Of a DNA stretch of 64,000 bases, positions 17,898-26,453 are shown piece after piece. The first letter of the stretch is position 1. Each line of letters opens with the position of its first letter. Source of the stretch: Bacteroidota bacterium. Lineage in GTDB: Bacteria; Bacteroidota; Ignavibacteria; Palsa-1295. A model generated the notes under the pieces. The model did no database searches and was not told the DNA's origin. It was given only the letters and a program-made list of their open reading frames with translations. Location: contig JAJPIQ010000044.1 of assembly GCA_021324685.1 (NCBI GenBank), positions 17,066 through 81,065 of the forward strand, given 5' to 3'. A program made the translations under genes and the position numbers.

Positions 17898-19343
17898 TTA
17901 TGATACGATAGGCAGTTCCATTACCCCAGCACTTTCCTTATGTTCAATCGTCGAAATGACAAGTGGCGTAAGATCGTAAATTGGTTCATCGCGATTGACC
18001 AATTCCTGCCCGGGGCTTAAAAGTGTGGGGATCTTTGTGTCTATCAGCTCCCCAAACAATGTGGCGCTGTTGGAGCGGGTGATGTTTACCCTGCGATATT
18101 CGCCGACTTCTGCGTCCAGACGCGGAAACACAACGGTCTTATTCGTATCGGTGCGGCCTTTCCACTCCAAGGCATTTTTTTTCGAGCGGCCTTCGACGAG
18201 TACGCTATGTTCTCTGCCAACCTCCACACGGTTTCTTCGAGTTGAAATTTCGTTTTGTAACGTGATGACTTCGTTCAGACGACGCGTTTTTTCTTCGATG
18301 GGCACGTCATCTTCGAGTGTATTCCATGCGCGTGTGTTCGGGCGGGGAGAATAATTGAATGTGTAGGCGCCATCGTACTCGACTTCACGCATGACTTGCT
18401 TCGTCATTTCGTGATCTTCGAGCGATTCGGAGCAGAAGCCAACGATAATATCGGTCGAGAGCGCCGCTTCCGGCATTGCGCGCCGGATTTTTTCGACGAT
18501 CGACATATAATGCGCACGGGTATACGTGCGGTTCATCAGTTTCAGGATACGGTCCGAGCCGGACTGAATGGGCAAGTGAATATACTTGCAAATATTGTCA
18601 TGCTCTGCCATCGTATCGACAAGCTTTTGATCGAAATCCTGCGGATGGCTTGTCGTGTATCGAATACGAACATTAGGAACCGCGCGCGCACACGAGGCCA
18701 GGAGATCCGAGAAATCGTTACCATTCTCGCGATAGGAATTCACATTCTGTCCAAGTAATGTAATCTCTCGAAATCCCTGCTGCTCCAGTTCCTTGCATTC
18801 ATCGACGATGGAATTCAGGAGGCGAGAACGCTCCCGACCTCGCGTAAATGGCACGACACAGAACGTGCAAAACTTATCGCAGCCACGCATGACCGAGATG
18901 AATGCGCTGATCCCCTCATTGCGGTAGGGAAGGATGTCGTCGTAGGTCTCTGTGCGAGAAAGTTTTACCGCAATGGCGGGTTCCGCTTCTTTGATAGAAT
19001 CGACTAACGCAGGAAGTTTCCGGTACTCGTCCGGCCCGACCACGAGATCGACAATCGAACCCGAATTCTTGAGCAGGTCCTTTCGAAGATGTTCAGCCAT
19101 ACACCCGAGGACCCCGATGATGACCTCAGGATTGCTCTTTTTAGCGTTTTTCCAGTGGTCGAGTCGGTTCCAAACCTTTTCCTCAGCATTTTCGCGAATT
19201 GCGCAGGTATTCATAAAGGCAAGATCGGCGCCTTCGAGCTCTGAAACGGGCTGGTAGCCCGCTTTATGGAGCACAGAAAGCACGACCTCGGTGTCGGCCA
19301 CATTCATTTGACAGCCGTAGGTTTCTATATAGACCGTTTTCAT
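17898..19343 (-). CDS. miaB: tRNA-2-methylthio-N6-dimethylallyladenosine synthase (MiaB), radical SAM methylthiotransferase
   Basis: N-terminal 'MKTVYIETYGCQMNVADTE' (MTTase N-domain), radical SAM 'CDKFCTFCVVP', C-terminal TRAM domain. Start chosen at the MKTVY Met; the ORF could extend to 19373. Confidence 0.9.
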   Translation of the reverse strand: MKTVYIETYGCQMNVADTEVVLSVLHKAGYQPVSELEGADLAFMNTCAIRENAEEKVWNRLDHWKNAKKSNPEVIIGVLGCMAEHLRKDLLKNSGSIVDLVVGPDEYRKLPALVDSIKEAEPAIAVKLSRTETYDDILPYRNEGISAFISVMRGCDKFCTFCVVPFTRGRERSRLLNSIVDECKELEQQGFREITLLGQNVNSYRENGNDFSDLLASCARAVPNVRIRYTTSHPQDFDQKLVDTMAEHDNICKYIHLPIQSGSDRILKLMNRTYTRAHYMSIVEKIRRAMPEAALSTDIIVGFCSESLEDHEMTKQVMREVEYDGAYTFNYSPRPNTRAWNTLEDDVPIEEKTRRLNEVITLQNEISTRRNRVEVGREHSVLVEGRSKKNALEWKGRTDTNKTVVFPRLDAEVGEYRRVNITRSNSATLFGELIDTKIPTLLSPGQELVNRDEPIYDLTPLVISTIEHKESAGVMELPIVS

Positions 19344-19439
19344 CTTCGAAACCGTAGAATCCAGCGGCCCCAAGTCGGGTTCCTCGCATGAATTCTTATC
19401 GTTTTAACCATTGTTCGCAATTGTTTCAGGAAGAGTACT

Positions 19440-21359
19440 ATGTCTTATCGCCTTTTTCTCTTTGGTGTATTCATTCTCGTCTGTTCCGAAACTACCGCCG
19501 GGGCTGTTAGCGCTGGTGGTTCGCGAGATTCGTATTCGGCATCGGAATTTCTTTCGTCTTCTTTTTCCGATAGTGCTTTTTACACGGTCGATAGTGCTGC
19601 GCTGGTAAGCGTTCTGGAACAGGGTTCCCATTTAGAGATCGACGATTTTCCCGGCGGCGATGGTGAGCGCGTCAGCCTCGATTTGAAGGCATCTCATTCA
19701 CCCATCGACGCGACGACCGAATTTTGGGTAGGTACCGCGAATGGAGCGATTTCTGTTCGGCCTCCATCGTTTTTCGTGTTTCGAGGCAAGGTCCTTGGAG
19801 AACCGAATTCCCGCATATTCCTCACTGCATTTGCGGGGAAATTGCTGGTTTCAATTTCACGCGCATCTGGAGAAACGTATGTGTTCGGACCTGCAAAGAA
19901 TTCTGAAGCGCGCGGTGCGCATATTTTCATGCGCGAAGCCGATCTTCTCTCATTCGGAGAGCTTCATCCCATGAACTGCATTACCGAGGACATCGCTCAG
20001 CCCGTCACGCCCCGGCCAGTTTCAGAGCTGTTAAAACAATATCGTTCGAGCATTCCTGCCAACATGCCGCATTCGCAGTTGCTCGAACTCGATGTTGCGG
20101 TCGAAGCCGATAGCTGCTTTTACCATGCAGCCGGAAACGACATGAATACGGTGCTTGGCTATATCGCTTCTCTTTTTGCAATGTCAAGCTCGATTTACGA
20201 AGACGAGGTTAATATTACATGGCATCTTTCCTGGGTGAAGGTTTGGCCAAGTGGCGATCCGTATAACGTTCAGGGAAACGCGTATGGCCTGGAGGATACG
20301 GTTCCCAAATACTGGCGCGCGCACTATGCTGATGTCCCTCGCGATTGCGCCCACGTGCTGACGTCCATTGGCTATGGCGGCGGCGGATTTGGATATTATT
20401 CGATGTGCGACCCTCAAAATTCCTATAGTATGAGTTCTCCGCAAACGGGTCATCAATATCCGACCTTCGCATTTACGTACGATGCCTATATCGTGGCACA
20501 TGAAATAGGGCACAACTTCAGCCTGGTCCATTCTCACCAATGTTACTGGGATCCGCCGCTGGATACCTGTTATACCAAAGATGATACCACGTACGGTCTT
20601 CAACTTGGTGACGCCTGCGAAAGCCGGCCGATCACGCCGCGCCGAAGTTCTGGAACGATCATGAGTTATTGTGCCAATGCGAATTATGTACTTGCTGGCA
20701 GGGACATCTCACAATTCAAGCTCGCGATGACATTCTCTAAAAAAGTCGATTCGGTGCTGCGCGTGAATGCAGAGTTGGATACCTGTCTTACACCGCCGGC
20801 TCAGCCGACCGTCATTCTCACCTCGCCGCGCGGCAGTGAGACATTTTCTGGCGATACGAACGTGTTTATCACATGGTCATACGCGAATGTCGATTCGATT
20901 TCACTGGAGTATTCGTCGGACGGCGGAACGATGTGGAACGGAATTGTGAAGGGAATTCCGGCCTCGAGCGGGTCCTATGTATGGAATGTTCCGAACGTTG
21001 CGACAAAAAAAATGCTTGTCCGGGCATTCGATGTAGGCGATGTTTTGGTCGCGGATACGAGCTTGCTCGTTTTTACGGTCGTTCCTGTGGCCTCTGTTTC
21101 GAATGCGGGGAGCGATGAGCATTTCTCGATCTCTCCGAATCCAGCGCAGCAAGAGCTTTGGCTGAGTGGCATCCCATCGGGACATGCGATTATGTATGAC
21201 ATTATTGATGCGAATGGATCCGTGATATTATATGGGTGTGTCCAGCCGGATGCAAAGAATGTTGCTCATTTTCCTGTGGACCCACTGCCGAGCGGAACCT
21301 ATTACCTGCGACTCACGTCTCCGGTATCGCGCATTTTTTCATTCGTACACATAAAATGA
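19440..21359 (+). CDS. Secreted zinc metalloprotease, metzincin/reprolysin-like, with T9SS C-terminal sorting domain
   Basis: Signal peptide. Zinc motif 'HEIGHNFSLVHSH' (HExxHxxxxxH). Gly-rich 'GYGGGGFGYYSMCD'. C-terminal 'ISPNPAQQELWL...GTYYLRLTS' is a T9SS CTD. Confidence 0.75.
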   Translation: MSYRLFLFGVFILVCSETTAGAVSAGGSRDSYSASEFLSSSFSDSAFYTVDSAALVSVLEQGSHLEIDDFPGGDGERVSLDLKASHSPIDATTEFWVGTANGAISVRPPSFFVFRGKVLGEPNSRIFLTAFAGKLLVSISRASGETYVFGPAKNSEARGAHIFMREADLLSFGELHPMNCITEDIAQPVTPRPVSELLKQYRSSIPANMPHSQLLELDVAVEADSCFYHAAGNDMNTVLGYIASLFAMSSSIYEDEVNITWHLSWVKVWPSGDPYNVQGNAYGLEDTVPKYWRAHYADVPRDCAHVLTSIGYGGGGFGYYSMCDPQNSYSMSSPQTGHQYPTFAFTYDAYIVAHEIGHNFSLVHSHQCYWDPPLDTCYTKDDTTYGLQLGDACESRPITPRRSSGTIMSYCANANYVLAGRDISQFKLAMTFSKKVDSVLRVNAELDTCLTPPAQPTVILTSPRGSETFSGDTNVFITWSYANVDSISLEYSSDGGTMWNGIVKGIPASSGSYVWNVPNVATKKMLVRAFDVGDVLVADTSLLVFTVVPVASVSNAGSDEHFSISPNPAQQELWLSGIPSGHAIMYDIIDANGSVILYGCVQPDAKNVAHFPVDPLPSGTYYLRLTSPVSRIFSFVHIK

Positions 21360-21817
21360 AGAGCATTCTTTTTGTCGCGTTTGCTTTTCTCGCAATTGCG
21401 TCCGTTTCAAAGGCTCAGCCGCTCGCGATCGGAGCGCGTATATCGACCGTTGATTCCTGTCTTTCTAAGTGGAGAGTCGAATCGAGCGATCTAAGTCCTG
21501 GGGACTCGGTTTGCCTTGGCGCGCGTTTTTGGGATATTGAAGGGCATCTGCTTTTTCATATTGACTCTTCCGAACACACCCTCACAAAAGTCGATTGGTC
21601 GTCATATCTGCCTATTGCTCGGGACTCTGTCGAGGACATCGCGAAAAAGATCGAGACGACGCTGGGCCCATGTGATCGTGCCCGCAATCGTGACTGGGTC
21701 TATTGGATCTGGGATAATGAGGAGATCCATTATTTGCTTGGCTACAACAAAGGAATTGTTCGAATGCTCGAGTTCGAGGACCAAAGCTCACTCGAGGCGT
21801 GCATGATGCCGCACTGA
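21356..21817 (+). CDS. Small secreted Cys-containing protein, translationally coupled to the upstream metalloprotease (candidate cognate inhibitor or chaperone)
   Basis: ATG at 21356 overlaps the protease TGA (ATGA). Signal peptide 'MKSILFVAFAFLAIASVSKAQ'. 153 aa with four Cys. The upstream extension in the ORF track is not supported. Confidence 0.6.
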   Translation: MKSILFVAFAFLAIASVSKAQPLAIGARISTVDSCLSKWRVESSDLSPGDSVCLGARFWDIEGHLLFHIDSSEHTLTKVDWSSYLPIARDSVEDIAKKIETTLGPCDRARNRDWVYWIWDNEEIHYLLGYNKGIVRMLEFEDQSSLEACMMPH

Positions 21818-21825
21818 AGAGATTC

Positions 21826-22848
21826 ATGATGCTATATCCCGTTCGACGGACCATCTTATTTTTATCACTGGTTCTTCCAATCATTTTTAGCGCTCCGGAT
21901 GCGCGTGCCCAGTTCTGGCACGCTCTGGCGCCAGATGCGACCAGCCCGGCAGCGGGTTTTTCTAACGACGAAAAAAAGGTTTTTTTTGTACACAATGAGA
22001 ATATTTATACTTTCACTATTGCCGATAAATATGGCCGTCTTACATTCGCGCCGGGAATGACTCCTTCCCAAATTACTGCGTTCAATGGCACCCAGCCGGT
22101 CGGCCCTGCACTGCACATCACCTCACGTCCCCTCATCGTCTTTGAAAGGCCAGACAGTACGACGCCCGCCAATCATCATCTCTACGCGGTGAAAGACGAC
22201 GGTTCCTCTGCGCCGGAGGATATTACACCGGGAAATCAAAATGCACATATATTGGGCGAATCGTACAACGGACGTTACATTTATTTTACATCGAATAAGG
22301 TCCATACCAACAAGCTTGACGTGTATCGATACGATACCCAGCAAAACACCAGCGATGTTGTTTTTCCGAATGACGCGAATTACCGTGCGCTTGCATGGTC
22401 GCGCGATCAAACAAGATTGTTGATGATCGAACCTCCTTCGGGCGCACTATTCGAATACGATATTGAATCGACCACACGAACGCCGCTCATAATGCCGACG
22501 GGTTCCGTGCAATACGGCGACGCACTCTTTAATCCAGCGTGGCATACGCTGTTCCTTTTTGCTGGCGGTCAGGAATATGTTACCGATATTGGATCGAATG
22601 AGATTACGCCGGCAGGGAAGGCTCCATCGGGAATCGACTACTCACCGAATGGGAAGTATCTCATCGAAATGTTTCCAGACGGGGACACCGTAAAGGAAGC
22701 CACGACGGGGATCGCTCTCCAGCTTCCCGCCGGGTCCCATATTGAAGCGATAGCTCCAAAAGAAACGATGCTGCTCTATACTATTCGGGGCAAGCTTTAT
22801 CTCTTCGATATTGTGAAAAAGACAACCGTTGAACTCGCGACGCTTTGA
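21826..22848 (+). CDS. Secreted hypothetical protein, beta-propeller-like (TolB/WD40-like)
   Basis: Start chosen at MMLYPV, downstream of the previous stop. Signal peptide ending 'APDARAQ'. Repeated 'DG.....Y.....' strands and 'SPNGKYLIEMFPDG' are propeller-like. Confidence 0.55.
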   Translation: MMLYPVRRTILFLSLVLPIIFSAPDARAQFWHALAPDATSPAAGFSNDEKKVFFVHNENIYTFTIADKYGRLTFAPGMTPSQITAFNGTQPVGPALHITSRPLIVFERPDSTTPANHHLYAVKDDGSSAPEDITPGNQNAHILGESYNGRYIYFTSNKVHTNKLDVYRYDTQQNTSDVVFPNDANYRALAWSRDQTRLLMIEPPSGALFEYDIESTTRTPLIMPTGSVQYGDALFNPAWHTLFLFAGGQEYVTDIGSNEITPAGKAPSGIDYSPNGKYLIEMFPDGDTVKEATTGIALQLPAGSHIEAIAPKETMLLYTIRGKLYLFDIVKKTTVELATL

Positions 22849-22905
22849 CTCGAATTTCGAAGATAATTCGAATTTGACCCGAAATTTTTTCGTTTTCCAT
22901 TCTTC

Positions 22906-24228
22906 ATGGATGCTTTTCGTGTAACCGGAGGAAAACCGCTCACCGGGACGGTACGTGTCAGCGGGACGAAGAATCTTATTTCGAAGGTCATGGTCGCTTC
23001 CATGCTTTCGGATCAGCCGAGCACCTTTACGAATGCGCCCGTCCGATTAGGCGAAGTCGATATTACCGGCGATATTGCTCGTTCACTCGGAAGTGAGATC
23101 GCGATCTCCAGCGAAGCTAACGGTACGTTAACGATCGCCACTCCCTCTTTTTCGACGACCGTGGTTCCCCAGCGATTTGCGGGTTTGAACCGCATTCCGA
23201 TTCTTATGATCGGTCCGATGTTGCACCGCACCGGTACGGCATCCGTTCCCATGCCCGGCGGCGACCGTATCGGGCAGCGACCGGTCAATTACCATATCGA
23301 CGCGCTTGAAAAAATGGGCGCGAAGATCGAGTTTGTCGATAATTATTTCCATTGCACGGCCGATACACTGACTGGAACTTTAATTTCTCTTCCGTTCCCC
23401 TCCGTTGGCGCAACCGAAAACATCATCATGGCTGCGGTCCTTGCCCGCGGTACGACGATCATCGAAAATGCGGCCGTGGAGCCTGAGATCGTGGAACTCA
23501 TGCGGTTTCTGCAAAAGATGGGCGCGATCATCAATCTGGAAACGAACCGTCGCATCATTGTGGATGGAGTCGATCGGCTCAAAGGTGCGCAGCAACGCAT
23601 TATGCCCGACCGGATTGAAGCGGCCTCTTTTGCATGTGCAGCTATTGCAACGAAAGGGGATATTTTTATCGAAAACGCCGTGCAGTCGACGATGATGACG
23701 TTTCTGAACAATATCCGGAGGGCGGGAGCAGACTTCGATGTCGTCGGTGGCGGAATTCGCTTTTTTTATAAGGACACGCTCAAGCCACTCGCGATCGAGA
23801 CCGACGTTCATCCGGGTTTTATGACCGATTGGCAACAGCCATGGGTCCTCCTCATGACGCAGGCCCATGGGATGTCGGTTGTGCATGAAACTGTCTATGA
23901 AAACAGATTTGGGTACACGCGAGAACTTCAAAAAATGGGTGCGGAAATTCAGCTTTATAAATCGTGTCTGGGTGGCAACCCTTGCCGTTTCAAATCGCTT
24001 GTACATCCGCACTCCGTCGTTATTTTAGGGCCGACAAAGCTCAAGGGAAGCCATATTGTCATTCCTGATCTAAGGGCGGGATTCGTTTATCTCATTGCCG
24101 CATCGCTGGCGGAGGGGGAATCGATTATCACCGGCATTCATCATGTCGAGCGTGGCTATGAGCATATTCAGCAAAAACTGCAGGATATTGGTGTGACGAT
24201 CGAGCGGGTTAAAGTACAAGATCAGTGA
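22906..24228 (+). CDS. murA: UDP-N-acetylglucosamine 1-carboxyvinyltransferase (MurA), Asp-type active site
   Basis: N-terminus 'FRVTGGKPLTGTVRVSGTKN' and global EPT-fold pattern. The active-site loop reads 'MPGGDRIGQRPV', so Asp replaces the Cys targeted by fosfomycin. Confidence 0.9.
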   Translation: MDAFRVTGGKPLTGTVRVSGTKNLISKVMVASMLSDQPSTFTNAPVRLGEVDITGDIARSLGSEIAISSEANGTLTIATPSFSTTVVPQRFAGLNRIPILMIGPMLHRTGTASVPMPGGDRIGQRPVNYHIDALEKMGAKIEFVDNYFHCTADTLTGTLISLPFPSVGATENIIMAAVLARGTTIIENAAVEPEIVELMRFLQKMGAIINLETNRRIIVDGVDRLKGAQQRIMPDRIEAASFACAAIATKGDIFIENAVQSTMMTFLNNIRRAGADFDVVGGGIRFFYKDTLKPLAIETDVHPGFMTDWQQPWVLLMTQAHGMSVVHETVYENRFGYTRELQKMGAEIQLYKSCLGGNPCRFKSLVHPHSVVILGPTKLKGSHIVIPDLRAGFVYLIAASLAEGESIITGIHHVERGYEHIQQKLQDIGVTIERVKVQDQ

Positions 24229-24457
24229 GGAGCCTCCTGTACTTCCACTTCCATAACAGATTTTCTAAAATCTTCAGATTTCAGATTTCGGGAGCGTTTT
24301 AACAAACTTCGAGGTTTCACGCCCCGCAGTTAACAGATGGCTTTGAAGCCATTTTGGAGACTCTGCCGACGATTCGTCCATACGGGGCCATTCATGGTAA
24401 TGGCCTGGCAGACATCCTCCGAACGCGATTTTTCGCGGTTTTTTTTACGTTAGAACC

Positions 24458-25036
24458 ATGGTAAAACTCAGATTAGCACGCCAGGGACGCAAGAAAGTCC
24501 CAATCTATAAAATTGTGGCCACCGACAGCCGTTCTCGGCGGGATGGGCGTTTTCTGGAATCGCTGGGCCAATATCGTCCTTCGAACGAGCCCGGCCAGAA
24601 GATCCAAATCAAAGAAGATCGTGCCCTTTATTGGCTGAACGTCGGCGCCCAACCGAGCGATACGGTCCGTTCGCTCCTTTCTCGCGAGGGTATATTGCTT
24701 AAATGGCACCTCGAGAAAAAGAAAGTCGATCCTGCTCGCGCCAGTGAGATTTTCAACACCTGGAAAACTGAGCGGGATGCCAAATACGCTTCGGCTGCCG
24801 ATGCGAAACAGCGTGCTCGGGAAGAAGCCCGCCGAAAAGCCGCTAAAAAAGCGCCTGAAGCCGCCGCTCCTGCTACCGAGACATCGACCGTAACCGAAAC
24901 AGCGGCTACCATCGAAGCAGAAGCGACTCCCGCTACTTCATCTGAAGCGCCCCAGGCTCTCGGAGAACCATCTGTGACCTCTGAAGCGGGTCTGAATCCC
25001 GAAGGCGAGCGCAACGCAGAAAGCGTCGAGGGATAA
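24458..25036 (+). CDS. rpsP: 30S ribosomal protein S16 with ~100-aa Ala/Glu/Thr-rich C-terminal extension
   Basis: 'MVKLRLARQGRKKVPIYKIVATDSRSRRDGRFLESLGQYRP' is the canonical S16 N-terminus. The low-complexity tail follows residue ~90. Confidence 0.9.
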   Translation: MVKLRLARQGRKKVPIYKIVATDSRSRRDGRFLESLGQYRPSNEPGQKIQIKEDRALYWLNVGAQPSDTVRSLLSREGILLKWHLEKKKVDPARASEIFNTWKTERDAKYASAADAKQRAREEARRKAAKKAPEAAAPATETSTVTETAATIEAEATPATSSEAPQALGEPSVTSEAGLNPEGERNAESVEG

Positions 25037-25052
25037 TACCCAATCGCTTGCC

Positions 25053-26453
25053 ATGGACGAAATCGTTGCATTTCTCCAGAGCGTCCCTCATTTAAGCGGC
25101 GTCCCTCGGGGCCAGATCGAATGGCTTGTGCGCGAGTCTGAACTCCGCGTTTTGGAACCGGGAATTTTGGCTCGACCGGGGGAGGCCAACGAGTTGATGG
25201 AGTATATGATCGTCCTCCTCGAAGGCTCACTTCAGGCCTACACGATTCAAAACGCGCAAAAGAAGATTCAAATGACGAGCGAGCCCGGTGCACTCACGGG
25301 ATTGCTGCCGTTTTCCCGTATGAAGTATACGCCCGTCTATGTGGAGACGATCGGGAATGTGAAAATGCTTGCGCTGCCTCGATCTAAATTTCATGCGCTG
25401 ATTGCCGCCAATTATGAGCTTACGGAAGTCATTGTGCATTCGATGGTGGATCGCGTCCGAGTCTTCACCTCCGCACATTTTCAGAATGAGAAGCTCATGT
25501 CCCTCGGTAAACTTTCCGCGGGGCTTGCACATGAGCTGAATAATCCGGCCGCTGCTATTGTCCGGAGTGCCGAAGATTTAAAGCACACTTTTGGAACGAT
25601 TGCTCAAAATCTGCGATCGATTGGCTCCATTGAATTAGAGGAGGACCAGATCGCGGCTTTGACGGGAATTTTTTTAGAAATCCAGTCCCGCCCCTCCAAT
25701 CGGCTCTCCCTGCTCGATCGGAAGCGGGAAGAAGAGCAGGTGATGGATTGGCTCGAAGCCCATGGCATTAACGGCGACTGTGCCGAAACATTCGTAGGCT
25801 TTCGCTATTCTACTACGGACCTGGACCGGATAAAAGAAATTTTTTCGGAACCGGCATTCCCGCCGTTCATCGACTGGCTTTCGAGAACGCTTTCGGCCGA
25901 ACAAGCCGTCGAAGAAATCGGGACCGCCTCGCGCCGTATTTCGGAGCTCGTTCAGTCCGTCAAAAGCTATACCCGGATGGACCAGGTGCAGGATATGCAG
26001 GAACTCTGCATCAACGATGGCATTCACAATACGGTGACGATGCTCCAGCATAAGTTCCGGAAAAACAATGTGGAACTTCAGGAGGAACTTGCCGCCGGTC
26101 TTCCGATGATCCTCGGGTTCCCAGGCGAACTGAATCAGGTCTGGACCAATATTATCGATAATGCCCTGGATGCGATGAAAGAAAACGGTGGCACGCTCAC
26201 CGTGCGGACCTATCCCCGGGACGATGCGGTCGTCTTTAGTGCAGCCGATACGGGCCCCGGCATTGCGCCGGAGTATCTGGAGCGGATTTTCGACCCGTTC
26301 TTTACCACAAAGGATGTGGGGGAGGGGACCGGGGTCGGTCTCGATGTCGTCCAAAAAGTCGTTACGTTACATCGTGGGAAGATCGATGTTTCGTCCAAAC
26401 CGGGGTCTACGGAATTCCGAATTTCCTTCCCACGCGTTGCGGGGATTGCATGA
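25053..26453 (+). CDS. Sensor histidine kinase with N-terminal cyclic-nucleotide-binding (CAP-effector-like) domain
   Basis: N-terminal ~130 aa resembles the cNMP-binding beta-roll. HisKA 'LSAGLAHELNNPAAAIVRSAE' with phospho-His. HATPase_c with 'DTGPGI' and 'GTGVGL'. No TM segments. Confidence 0.85.
   Translation: MDEIVAFLQSVPHLSGVPRGQIEWLVRESELRVLEPGILARPGEANELMEYMIVLLEGSLQAYTIQNAQKKIQMTSEPGALTGLLPFSRMKYTPVYVETIGNVKMLALPRSKFHALIAANYELTEVIVHSMVDRVRVFTSAHFQNEKLMSLGKLSAGLAHELNNPAAAIVRSAEDLKHTFGTIAQNLRSIGSIELEEDQIAALTGIFLEIQSRPSNRLSLLDRKREEEQVMDWLEAHGINGDCAETFVGFRYSTTDLDRIKEIFSEPAFPPFIDWLSRTLSAEQAVEEIGTASRRISELVQSVKSYTRMDQVQDMQELCINDGIHNTVTMLQHKFRKNNVELQEELAAGLPMILGFPGELNQVWTNIIDNALDAMKENGGTLTVRTYPRDDAVVFSAADTGPGIAPEYLERIFDPFFTTKDVGEGTGVGLDVVQKVVTLHRGKIDVSSKPGSTEFRISFPRVAGIA

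Noticed and set aside
21236-21355. Upstream extension of the small secreted protein ORF into the protease gene
   Set aside because: The start at 21356 gives a textbook signal peptide and an ATGA-coupled junction. The extension is Cys-rich shadow sequence of the protease 3' end.
23380-24012. 210-aa antisense ORF within murA
   Set aside because: MurA is unambiguous on the plus strand.
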